A DNA stretch of 64,000 nucleotides, from NCBI GenBank assembly GCA_000004695.1, contig CM000153.2:352001-416000 (forward strand), read 5' to 3'. Positions 12,549-24,370 of this stretch are shown piece by piece. The stretch's first letter is position 1; every line of letters begins with the position of its first letter. Below the pieces are notes generated by a model. It was not told where the DNA came from. It saw only the letters and a list, made by a program, of their open reading frames with translations, and did not search any database. The stretch is from Dictyostelium discoideum (Eukaryota). A program made the translations under genes and the position numbers.

Positions 12549-12836
12549 ATAAATAAAAAAAAAAAAAAATTAGAAATAAAAAAAAAAAAGTTTAAATTTT
12601 ATAAAAAAAAAAAAGTAATAAAGGTTTTAAAATTATAGAACATAGTTTATTAAAAAATATTTATAATTTTTTCATTTATCAGTTTGGTTTAATTGGACGA
12701 GGGTTTTTTTATTTTTTTTATTTTTTTATTTTTTTTTTTTGTCAAAGATTGAAACTTCATTTTTTAAAATGATATCGTATATTGAATTATTTTTAGAAAT
12801 AGGAAAACATTAAATATTTGTATTTGAATTTTAAAA

Positions 12837-13001
12837 TCACATGACCAACAAATTGCCAATACCCCCTTGATTACCGAGTGGATTATATATTTGAATTTTT
12901 GATTTATTATCAAAATTAATTTGAAGAGATTTGGAATTTTTATTATAATTATTTAATGATGATGATTTATTTAAAATATTAGTTAAAGAATTGAAAATCA
13001 T
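12837..13001 (-). CDS. Small ORF family member (55 aa): MIFNSLTNILNKSSS...NPLGNQGGIGNLLVM
   Basis: Paralogous to the 14668..14883 ORF. Both copies have a (TTTTA)n-containing upstream region, and the conserved 3' motif encodes NPLGNQGG. Confidence 0.4.
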   Translation of the reverse strand: MIFNSLTNILNKSSSLNNYNKNSKSLQINFDNKSKIQIYNPLGNQGGIGNLLVM

Positions 13002-13045
13002 TTTTTTATTTATATTATAATCAATATTTAAAATTTAAAATTTTT

Positions 13046-13105
13046 TTATATTTTATTTTATTTTATTTTATTTTATTTTATTTTATTTTATTTTATTTTA
13101 TTTTG
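13046..13105. repeat. (TTTTA)n of about 11 units upstream of the small-ORF family member. A second copy lies at 14960..15000.
   Basis: Direct reading. The element is duplicated together with its downstream gene. Confidence 0.85.
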
Positions 13106-14609
13106 AATAATGAAATAAAAATAAAATTTTTGATTAAATACTTTTATTTTTTTAAAACAAAAACAATGATAAAACAATTAAAATTTAATTTTCTTATCAG
13201 GGTTGCAAATTAAAAAAATAGTTAAAAATGAAAAGAGGTTTGAAATGATCTAATTATAGTTTTGTTATTTTTAAATCCAGAAAAATGAAGATAGAGTGAA
13301 TAAAATCAAATCGAATCCAATCCAATCCAATTGTTTTTTTTTTTAGAAACAATCATTGTACAAAAACAATCAATTTTTTACACATTATTCAATTTGATTT
13401 AACCCCATATTATTTTTTAAATTGATTTTATTTATCTATGAGTTTTATCGAACAACCCCCACAAAAAAAAATTAAAAAAAAATAAAATAAAAAAAAAAAA
13501 ATTAAATAATTAAATAAATTAATAAATGATGAAACGGTTATTTTTATGTGGTGGACTACCATTAAAAAGATGAATGATTATAGTTTTTATAATTTAAAAC
13601 TTTTTTTACACATAATAATATTACTTTTCATATTGTTGTTATTTTCAGTTTATAGTTTTTTTAAACTCCATCTTATCGATTAAATAAGATTAATAAAGAT
13701 TAGATAATCTAATTATAAAAAACTTAATTCCATAATGGCCATTAGTTCCTTAATAATATGCAAACGCCTGGGAATAATAAATCTATTTTTAAGATTAAAA
13801 TTGAAAATTAATTAAATAATAAATTAACAGCTCTCATCAAAGAAATAAATAAACTCTATATTACGGTACTATCTCAAAAAAAAAATTAAATTCTTAATTT
13901 TTAAATTTTTAAAATTTAAGAATATAAAGTTTATTTTTAAACCCATATGGTTGTGTGGAATTAAAATTTGCTGTCATACCACCTTGGTTACCAAGTGGAT
14001 TTTTATTTTAAAAAAGGGTAAAGTAAAAGGGGGTGTTAGATTTTTTTTTTTTAATAAAATCAAAATCAATTTTTTACACATTGTTCATTTAATTAAAATA
14101 ATTTAATAAAATTATTAAATTTTAAAATTATAACCCCATATTATATTTTAATTGATTTTATTTATCTATGAGTTTTATTGAACAACCCCAACCACAAAAA
14201 AAAAAAAAAAAATTAAATTATTAAATAAATATTAAATAATGATGAGATCATCTCACTGTAAAAAATTGGTTTCCTTAATAAAATACATTATCGGCAATTT
14301 TAAATACATTTTAAGATTATTATCTTTTATCGAATAAAATTAACAAATTATTAAAAATAAACAAAAGTTCGTGTTTTCAATAATTTAGTAAAATAATTAA
14401 AAACTATAAAATAATATAATAAAATAAAATAAAATAAGTTAAATTAAAATTAAAAGAATATTCTTTAATAGTTTAAAATAAAAATATATTCTTTTAAAGG
14501 TTTATTTTTTTTGTTTTTCGATATTTGTTGATAATTTTTTATAAACCAACTATGTATTATTTATTCGATTCGGAAAGTTTTATTTTTTGCAATTTATTGG
14601 AACTTTTTT

Positions 14610-14640
<31 letters not shown>

Positions 14641-14667
14641 TCTTATTTGGTTTAAAACAATGATTAA

Positions 14668-14883
14668 TTAATATTTGTCGATACCACCTTGGTTACCAAG
14701 TGGATTATTTTTAATACTTGTACCACTTTGGTTACCAAGTAGACTTTTTAAAATACTAACACCTTGAATATTTAATTTTTCAAAATTAATAACAATTGAT
14801 TTTGAATTGATATCAAAGTTTTTATTTAGGGCTGATGATGACGAGGAGTTATTTAAAAATTTAGTTAATGAAGTGAAAATCAT
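14668..14883 (-). CDS. Small ORF family member (71 aa): MIFTSLTKFLNNSSSSS...NPLGNQGGIDKY
   Basis: Appears in the ORF track. Its N-terminus (MIF.SLT..LN.SSS) and C-terminal NPLGNQGG match the 12837..13001 copy, and the upstream (TTTTA)n is also duplicated. Confidence 0.45.
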   Translation of the reverse strand: MIFTSLTKFLNNSSSSSALNKNFDINSKSIVINFEKLNIQGVSILKSLLGNQSGTSIKNNPLGNQGGIDKY

Positions 14884-15545
14884 TTTAAAATTTTATTTTA
14901 ATTTATTTATTTTATTATCTTATAAAATTAAATTATATTTTTATATCAAATTATTATTATTTTAAATTTTATTTTATTTTATTTTATTTTATTTTATTTG
15001 TATTGAATAATGAATATTTATGAAAAATCATTTTTTTTTATTAAATACTTTTTTAAAAAAAAAAAAAATAAAAAAAAAAAGTATAATAAAATAATAAATA
15101 AATAATAAATGTTATAAATAGAAATCTATTTTATTTGTGACTTAACAAGTCGATGCTTGTGAATGTATTAATAAAAAAACGAGAAATAAGTTAATCCTAA
15201 CATTATGTTGATGATATAAATAGATCGAAATGATGGAGAGAATAATATCAAAAATAATTTTTAAACTGAAAATTAACAATATAATGATAGTTTTAATTCA
15301 GTACAATTATTCACTTTTACACAAATATTTCAATTTTAATTTTGACGAATCCACAAATTACATGCAAACAAATATTTCACCCCTTTTTTATTTTAAATTA
15401 TTTGTTTTTATTTTAAATTATTTTTTTATTTTTTTTTTATTTTTTTTTTTTTAGTGGTTGAACAAATAAATTTAAGGTTTCAAATTAAAACAATTATTTA
15501 AAAAAATAAATAAAAAAAACCTAATTCAATGATTAATAATTATTG

Positions 15546-15580
<35 letters not shown>

Positions 15581-16210
15581 ATAATTCTATATTAAAAATA
15601 AAATTTCAAGTAAATTATATTTTTTTCTTTAAAATAATCTTAAATTCCTACTTTCTTTGTATCAAAATTAAATTTTTTTTTTTTTTTTTTTTTAAGGTTA
15701 TTTTAAATTTAAATTCCTACTTCTTTGAAAGTAATATTAATTTTTAAATTGAAATTAAAACACTTTGGTAAAACTAATTATAAAATGAACAATTATATTT
15801 ATATATCATTTTTAAATATTTAATTTTTATAGGAATTAATTTGTTCAACAAACATTAATTTTTGTATTGTGGAATAATTTAAATAATTTGGGTGTAAAAA
15901 TGATTGTTATTTTTTTACACACAATAAAATTGGTACTATCATTATATTATGATTGTTATTTTTCCGTTGGGAATTCCTCATCGATCTGATTTAATCATAA
16001 ATTAGATAATCCAAATTAATAAAAACAAAAATAAAAACAAATAAAAAAAATAAATTTAAAAATTAATTCAATTAAAAAATGATTTTCAATACTTAAACTT
16101 AAATTTTATTTTTTATTTTTTTATTTATTTTTTATTTAATTTACAAATTTATAATAACTTTTCCAAATAAATCATTTTTTTCAATAAATTTATAAGCATC
16201 AATAATTGAA

Positions 16211-17137
16211 TCAAAACCTTTGATAACGTTTACCAATTAATAATTTAAATTTATTTTGTTCTAAATTTTTAGTAATAAAATCAACAGCTTCTTTCAATTG
16301 GATTGGATCAGTTGAATAATTAAAAACTAAATAAGCTTCCATTTTAATATTTCTATAAAACAATTGACGAGTTGGGAAAGGAGTATCACCACCAGTAACA
16401 CCATAGATAATGACACGTGCATTTTGAGCACAAACATTTATGATATTTGTAATGAATGGTCCACCAATGGGATCATAAACAATATCCACTCCTTTACCAT
16501 TTGTAATTTCTAAAATCTAATTTTCAAAATCCTTTGAATCTGATGTATTTACGAAATAATCAGCACCAAAATCTAAAAGTTGTTGCTTTTTTGAATTACT
16601 ACGACTTGTTGCAATAACTATTCCACCCAATATCTTTGCAATTTGAATGGCACCTAAACCAGTGCTACCAGTGGCTGCAGTGATTAAAATGAATTGACCT
16701 TCTTTAATTGATTTTAGTGGGTAGTAAGCTGTTAAATATGAAAACCAAATTGATGCAGCTTGTTCATGTGTTACGTTGGATGGATTCTTTACTATTGAAC
16801 CCTCTGGTTGAATACAATATTCTGAATTTGTATTATACTTATCCTGGGTTGTATTTTGTAAAACTGATACTGAATCACCAATTTTAAAATTTTTAACATC
16901 TTTACCAATTCCATCAATCACACCTGACGATTCGTATCCTAATGATGTTGGAAATTTAACATCAATACCTTGAATGTATCCACTATAATATATAGTTTCA
17001 ACTCTACCAATACCAATTGAAACATTTTTAATTCTAACTTCATTATCTTTTGGTTCTACTTTCTCTTTAATATCTTTAATATATAAATTATTAACTGATC
17101 CAAATTTATCAAATAGTAATGTTTTATTTGTTTCCAT
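16211..17137 (-). CDS. Zinc-type alcohol dehydrogenase / quinone oxidoreductase-like protein (MDR superfamily), interrupted by an in-frame TAG at 16517-16519.
   Basis: An N-terminal GroES-like part is followed by the cofactor-binding stretch LITAATGSTGLGAIQIAKILGG, then ...DYFVNTSDSKDFEN*ILEITNGKGVDIVYDPIGGPF... with both halves in the same frame. The stretch around the stop is too short (36 nt) to be an intron. Confidence 0.6.
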
Positions 17138-17157
17138 TTTATTTTTATTATTTATTA

Positions 17158-17312
<155 letters not shown>

Positions 17313-18290
17313 TTATTTGTTTTGATATGATATTATTATTATAAAAAAAAAAAATTATTAAAAAAGGTTTTATTTTAGAACCAATTCACATTTTTGTCAT
17401 TAAAAAAAAAATTTTCAAAAAAAAAAAAATATTAATTAAAAAAAAAGATATCAAGAATATCGGGTGTGGAATAAAGAATTATTTTTTTTTTTTCGAATTT
17501 ATTTATTTTATTTTTTTTATTTTATTTTTTTTTTTTTTATTTTTTTATTTTTTATTTTTTTTTTTTTTATTTTTTTTTTTTATTTTTTTTTTTTTTTTTA
17601 ACACAAATCAGATCAGTGGTTTAGTTTGGAAAATGATCATTTAAGAGCTATAGGACTTAATAAACAGTAATTTATAATCATACTTGATATTCTCATGGTC
17701 ATAATGCTGGTTACACCCCTTACATCAAGAAAACTGAAAAAGAATTATCAACTATTCAAGGTTTTACAATTTCAAGAAATCTCGGCTGATTAGTATTTTA
17801 ATTTATTCACACCTCAACATCAACAACATATTGAACTCACCAAAAACAATTTACATACACACAACCAACAACACCTACTGCACCTTCACTATGAATTAAT
17901 CGACATCAACAACAACACCAACAGTAACAACTACAACACAGCAACGGATTGTTTCACTCCACAAAATTAAAGATAGCTTATGGATTAAATATAAATTCAA
18001 ACTTCAGATGATTTAACACCAATTGGAAAGAATAGTAATGTTAGTAGCAGTAGTATTAATAGTTGTTGTACAAATAGTATTAGTAGTAGTAGTACAAACA
18101 TTAGTTCAATATCAAGTTCAAATTCATTAATAATTATAATATTAATAAAAGAAATAGGTCATCAGTAAATGTTTCAAATAACGAAATTAAGATACAATAA
18201 TAATAAAATAAATTAAAATATAAATATAAATAAAAATTAGAATTTATTAATGTAAAGTTATTTATTTATTTATGGTTTTTTTTTTTTGTT

Positions 18291-20918
18291 TTAAATATTT
18301 GAAATGAATAATGAAATTATTATAATGATTAAAATTGATAATAATAGATTTTGAAAGATATTTCTAGCATCAGAGTATTGATGAACATCATCAGATTGAG
18401 TTAAATATTTGAATACTTTTGATATACCACTTTTACCATTGGTTGAAACATTGATAAATATCATTTCACCATTTTTAATATTATTAAATGTATAATTAGT
18501 TGCTTGAATAAAACATGTTATCATTGTATCATTAATATACTTTGCTTCATTACAATTTAAACTACTATTACCACTACCATTACCATTACCAATTATTGTA
18601 ACTTTATCAATTGGATAATAGAAATCATTTCCAATAATTGTTAAAATACCTCCTTGTTTTAAATTAATTATACTAGTTTGATTAATTGATGGTGATTTAT
18701 ATATAAAACTAAATGTTGATACTATATTATTATCATTATTAAATAATAATTTACAAGTTTTACCATTTGGACCATTTAATTTAATGTAGCATTCTAATGA
18801 TGTACTGCTATTATTTAATTTACATTCTTTTTCTATAATTTGTTCACCATTACATTCAATTGTAAAATTTGTATTATTATTTAAATATTTACCAATAATA
18901 ATGATATTACCACCATTTGTATCAAACAAGTTAGGAATCGATACATTTTTAAAAATTGGAAATGTATTAATATTTACTTTATTTGATAATAAACCACATA
19001 CATTTAAATACAATTCACCAAGAATATTATACTCATCATTCATTTGAAATGATATTGATTCATAAATACTATTATTAATTTCTTTACTAAGGGCTATTGA
19101 TTGACCTGAAATAAAAATACTTGTTTCATTATATTTATTTACAAAACCTTTACCAATACAAGTAACAATTTCATTTGAATTTAAATTACATTTATTAATC
19201 AATGGTGATTCATATGAAAATGATGATTGATATATTTGATTACCAATTTCAATTTCATAATTTATAATACCACAATTATTTTCAATTAAAAATGAACATG
19301 ATACAACACTTTCATTTACATTGGTTGAAATTGATTTACTTGTTTGATTTGATTTTTCATTAATTATTTTAATTGTTGGTATTAAATTAATATTACTTGA
19401 ATTTACATAAAATAATGTAAAATTAATTAATTTATTACTAACCAATGGAATTTCATTTATTCTTGCATACATTTCTACATCTACATTGATTCCATTTGAT
19501 TTGATTGAATTTGATTCAATTGAAATGTTGAAATTATAAATTTGATTTTGTATTTTTAATATTAAATCTGTTTCATCATTATTAATTGATTTTATTTGGC
19601 CAAAAACTTGTTTATCATTGATATGAATTTGAGTTGAATTAATATTACCAAAACAACCACCAATTATATGAATTTCATCATTAACTTGAGAGAATGTTGT
19701 AATATACGGAGTATCATAAATTAATAATAATGTATTTGTATTTACGACATCATTAATCGATACAGCAATTGGTGATGAATTATTAAATGTTGAATTTGAT
19801 AATGGTTGTAAATTACATTTAATTTCATTTGAAGATGACGAAACAATTGAACAAATAGAATCACCAACTGTTACTGATATATTATTATTATTTGATGATG
19901 ATGGTGATGAAGTTAATCTATTACCATTAATTATTAATAAACCACCTTTTAATTTTGGAATACTATTTACAATTGATGGAATTGGTGGATATGTAATTTG
20001 AAATTGAGATGACCAATAATCACAACAACCGACTTGAACATTAAATTTTGATGAGAATGGATCTGAATAATTAAATTTTAATTTAATAATTTCAAAATCA
20101 ACTGAAATAATATCATTTGGGTCAATAATGTTATTATCAATTTTAACAGAAACAAAAATTGATTGATTATAGAAATTTGTACCAGTTATATCAAGAAATG
20201 ATTGATTAATATCAATTTTTTCAATGTTTGGCTCTTGATATGTAAAATTCAATGTTTCATGATTCTCCCAAATAATTGTTCTGTATCCACAACCTGGATA
20301 GACTTTTAAAATTAAATTTATTCTATCAGGTGTTTTTGATTGAAACACACCAGGAATTAAATATACATAGCCAGAATAAAAAAACTGATCTTTTCTATAG
20401 GAATTTTCAAATTGAACATATATTCTTTCTTTTAACTCTAAATAATAACCGCTTAATGTTGTATTTCCACCTCTTGTTTTTGGTTTAAACTCTGAAATTA
20501 ATAATGGACTTGGGAAATAAAATAAAGGAAGATCATAACCACACATTTTAAAAGTACCATTATTTTCTGTACATGCAGATATTTCCTCTGAATACATTTG
20601 AGCATGATCAGATTCTTTCACTGGTAAAGTACAAGTTCTAATTGTATTATTTAAAACACAATTAAAACTCATATCATAACGACTTTTACCTTTCCATAAA
20701 AATGAAATATTTGTATAATAATTTTCTATTTCACGATATCTAATCACAAGAGAATCATTGTGACTTTCATAACCTAAAAAAATAATTAATAAATTATTAA
20801 TATATTAAAAAAAGGGACAAGAAAAAAAAAAAAACAATTTACCCAAAGGAATTACTTCGTCATAAGAAATGGAAAATGAAAATAAATAAAAAAGTATAAA
20901 AAATAATAATATTTTCAT
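18291..20918 (-). CDS. Signal-peptide type-I membrane glycoprotein with about 5 IPT/TIG-like repeats and a C-terminal TM; Tgr (tiger)-like family candidate. Exons are 20843..20918 and 18291..20773.
   Basis: Exon 1 MKILLFFILFYLFSFSISYDEVIPL (signal peptide) has donor G|GTAAAT, and the acceptor TTTTTTAG|GT joins in phase to ...GYESHNDSLVIRYREIE. The repeated motif P.I.S..P..GG..I.I.G..L/F is typical of IPT/TIG domains. There are many NxS/T sites and a terminal hydrophobic helix LLLSILIIIIISLFISNI. Confidence 0.55.
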
Positions 20919-21439
20919 TTAAAAATATTGATTTCTAATTTAATGAATTATAATATTGTGGAGAATAATAATAGTAATAATAATAATAATAAAAATAATA
21001 ATATTAATAATTATTTAAAAATTAAATAACAATAATAATAAAAAAAAAAAAAAAAAAAAAAAAAAATAATATTAAATGTTATATTTTTTTCAATCAAAAT
21101 TAAAAAAAGAAAAGGGTGTGGGGTGGGGTAAATCAATTTCAAACCCCTCAATGAGTCCAAAATAGGTACCCCTTTCTAAAAATAAAAAAATTCAAAAACT
21201 GTAAAATATAAAAATGGGTTTAAAAAAAATAATAATAACATTATTAAAAAAAAAAAAACAACCCAAATAAAATGATGTTAAAAATAAAAAAAAAATTTGT
21301 GGTTAAATCACAATGGAAAAGAATTTTTTTTTTTAATTTTTTTTTAATATAAATTTATCATAAAACCATTAATTTTTATAATACAAAAAAAAAAAAAATA
21401 TAATTAATTAAATAAATTAATATTAAAAGTAAAATATAA

Positions 21440-23260
21440 ATTTAATTTTAATTGTTTTCACAGATATAATAGATAAAGAATATTTTACACTTTTTTATAA
21501 AGTAAAATGAACCTTACATTTCCAAATATATATTCAAAGATATAGATGTAAATGTTTTTGAATACAATTATAATTGTAACGTGGATGGTGATTAAAGGGG
21601 GTGTAATTTAACTACTGATTACTATTTTAAATATAATGCTTTTGTAAGCAGCAGATGGTCTACCGTTCCCATGGACTTTTTCAAAAATCTTACCAATTTT
21701 GAACCAGAATTAAAACCAGAAACTAAAAGAGGTAATTTTCAATTCAATATTACATATTTTTTATTATCAAAAAATAAGAACCCTATTTTCCAAAATGATT
21801 ATGATAAAATTGATATTTTGATAACTCCAAATGGAAAAAACGGTTCTGAATATTTAATGATTTTTCCAAGTGGTTGTGGATTTTTAAAATATTTGGTCTT
21901 TCGTTTGTTTATAATTCATCATACCAAAATCCATATATAGAAAAAGTAGAAAAAAATAAAAAAACTGTGACACTAATTGGCTCTAATTTCTGTACTGAAA
22001 TGTATCCAAAAGAAATTTTAATCAACAATCAAAAAATTAAAAATGAACAAATTATTAAAAATGATCATGAATATATTGAATTTATTTTTGAATATTCAGA
22101 ATTCTTTTGTACTTCATTTACAATTCAATTTATTGCAAGTAAAGTACCTTCAAATAAAATGGATTTAGTATATCCTCCAGTATTAAATTCAATTAATAGT
22201 ATTCCAAGAAACAAAAATGTTACAATTATTATCAATGGAGAAAGATTAACATCAAATTCTTCAATTATTATAGCAGAGGTTAAAATAGGAGATTACCCAT
22301 GTTCAATTATTACACTTTCACCAAATAATATTACTTGTTATTTGGCTCATAGAATTTTAGATAACAACTTACCAGTTACCGTAAACATAGATGGTATTAC
22401 CAACCAAAACAAAATATATTTCAACTATGACTAAACGCTTATTTCATCTTATGGTATTTCCAATGGTGTCTTGACAATATATGGCCAACGTCTTGGTGAA
22501 GTAGGATCAGAAACTATATTTAATGATAAAATCCCAATTTGTTTACAAAACCTTAAAATTAATGATAATGAAACTGTTATGTCATTCACCATTCCCGAAG
22601 CAATGTCCTCTATTAATATTTCGGTGAAATCTTATGAAAAACAATCAAACAGTAATTTTATTGGCTTATCATTCATAACTAAGTTTGATACTCAACCAAT
22701 GGTAAATGGATCAAATTGCATTGTTAAATTATTTAATTCCAGTTATGATGAAAATAAAGAAAATCCATTACTTTCAATCTATTCATATTTTGGTGATGAA
22801 TTTAAATCAAGGGAACACTCATTGGTAAAAATTCAAATGATTTAGATTATTCGTTTTTCGTTGTACCAGGTTGTGGTAGAAAAGGTTAGAATATAAATTT
22901 TGATAATAAATAATACCAGTCAACATTTAAATATAAAAAACCAATTATAGAATCATTTTACACAAAGGATGAATTCATAATCTGTACTGGTGAATTTAAC
23001 AATTATGGCTTTTATAATAATACACTTATTACATTTTCAAACCAATCAGTTTCTCCAATAAAAATAAGTTCCAATGAAATTACAACCAAAGAGGAACAAT
23101 ATTTTACAAGTGACCTAATTACAATCGGTTGTTGTGGTATTATTTCTGATCCATATGAATTAACCATTAAACCTACCATTAAGGGTGCAATTTCAATAAC
23201 ATTTGATAATAAGGGTATAGTGTTTATAGATGGAGAAAATTTTCATTCAAAACAAAATTG
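21440..23260 (+). pseudogene. Degenerate paralog of the 18291..20918 IPT/TIG gene. It is frameshifted and truncated.
   Basis: The ORF pieces 21671..21940, 21874..22434, 22471..22845 and onward to about 23260 align colinearly with the neighbour (YPPVLNSINSIPRNKNVTIIINGERL versus YPPIPSIVNSIPKLKGGLLIINGNRL). They sit in three different frames with no splice signals between them. There is no signal-peptide exon and no TM. Confidence 0.6.
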
Positions 23261-23470
23261 AAATAATAAAAAAAATAATAATTAAAAAATTATAATTAAA
23301 AAAAGAAAATTAATATTATATATATTTAAAAAGTATAAACAAAAAAAAAAAAATGTACAAGTAAAAAAAAAAAAGAGAGAAGAGAAAACAGGTCATTTAT
23401 ATTTTGAGCACACTACAATTACTATTGAAAATTACCCCTACTATCTTAGATCTCCTCTATGCAAACACCA

Positions 23471-23502
<32 letters not shown>

Positions 23503-23505
<3 letters not shown>

Positions 23506-23725
23506 CCCTTTTATATTCAAAAAAAAAAAATATTTAAATTTATAGTGTGATTTTCACCACCATCAATTAAAAAGGATATTAGTGGTTTATGTATTTATTT
23601 AAATAAAAATTAAAAAAAATAATTAAAAAAATTATAAAAAAAAAAAAGACCCTTTTATATTCAAAAAAATTTTATATATTTGTATGGTATAGTGATTTTC
23701 ACCACCATCATCAAAAAGGATAAAT
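23503..23725. repeat. Two direct copies of an approximately 75-bp unit (AGACCCTTTTATATTCAAAAAAA...TGTGATTTTCACCACCATCA..AAAAAGGATA) spaced about 145 bp apart
   Basis: Copies at 23503..23580 and 23648..23725 are near-identical and lie in an intergenic region. Confidence 0.7.
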
Positions 23726-24150
23726 TATTGGTTGTGTTAAAAAGTATGTAAAAAATAAAATATGAATAAAAATTATAAAAATAAATAAATTATAAATTAT
23801 TCAAAAATTAAAAATATGGATTTCCTTTTTTAAATTTAAAAATAAAAAAAATAAAAAAAATATTAACTTCGTGTTTAACATTGTAGTTAAAATAATAATT
23901 TTATGGTGGCTTTTAACATGATATCGCAATTTCAAGGCATTTGGATTTGTTGTCTAAAATCCAACCTAATGATTGCTAATCAATAACATCCAAACTGTTT
24001 AATTTAAAATTTATACTAATGGGGTTTCGTGTGAAAATAAATAAAAAAAATAAAAAAATGAATAAATAAAAAGCACACTATTTTTTTTTTTAATATTTTT
24101 AAAATAAATTCACAGCTGCTATAAAACCCCATTTGTATAAAATTTATTAA

Positions 24151-24187
<37 letters not shown>

Positions 24188-24370
24188 TCGATAAATAACC
24201 TCTCGAGAAATTTTAAAAAACTTACAAAAATAAAAAAAATAAAAAAATAATAATATTAAATTTTACCGTTGTAATTGAAAAAAACAATAATTAATAATTA
24301 TTATGTTTATTTTTAATTTTGTGCTTATTTTTATTCATTTTTTTTTTTTATTATTTTTTTTATTATTTAT

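Noticed and set aside
16490-16530. A 36-nt GTAAAT...TAG interval that could remove the in-frame TAG of the oxidoreductase
   Set aside because: It is too short to be an intron, and it would delete conserved residues (VNTSDSKDFEN) expected in the family.
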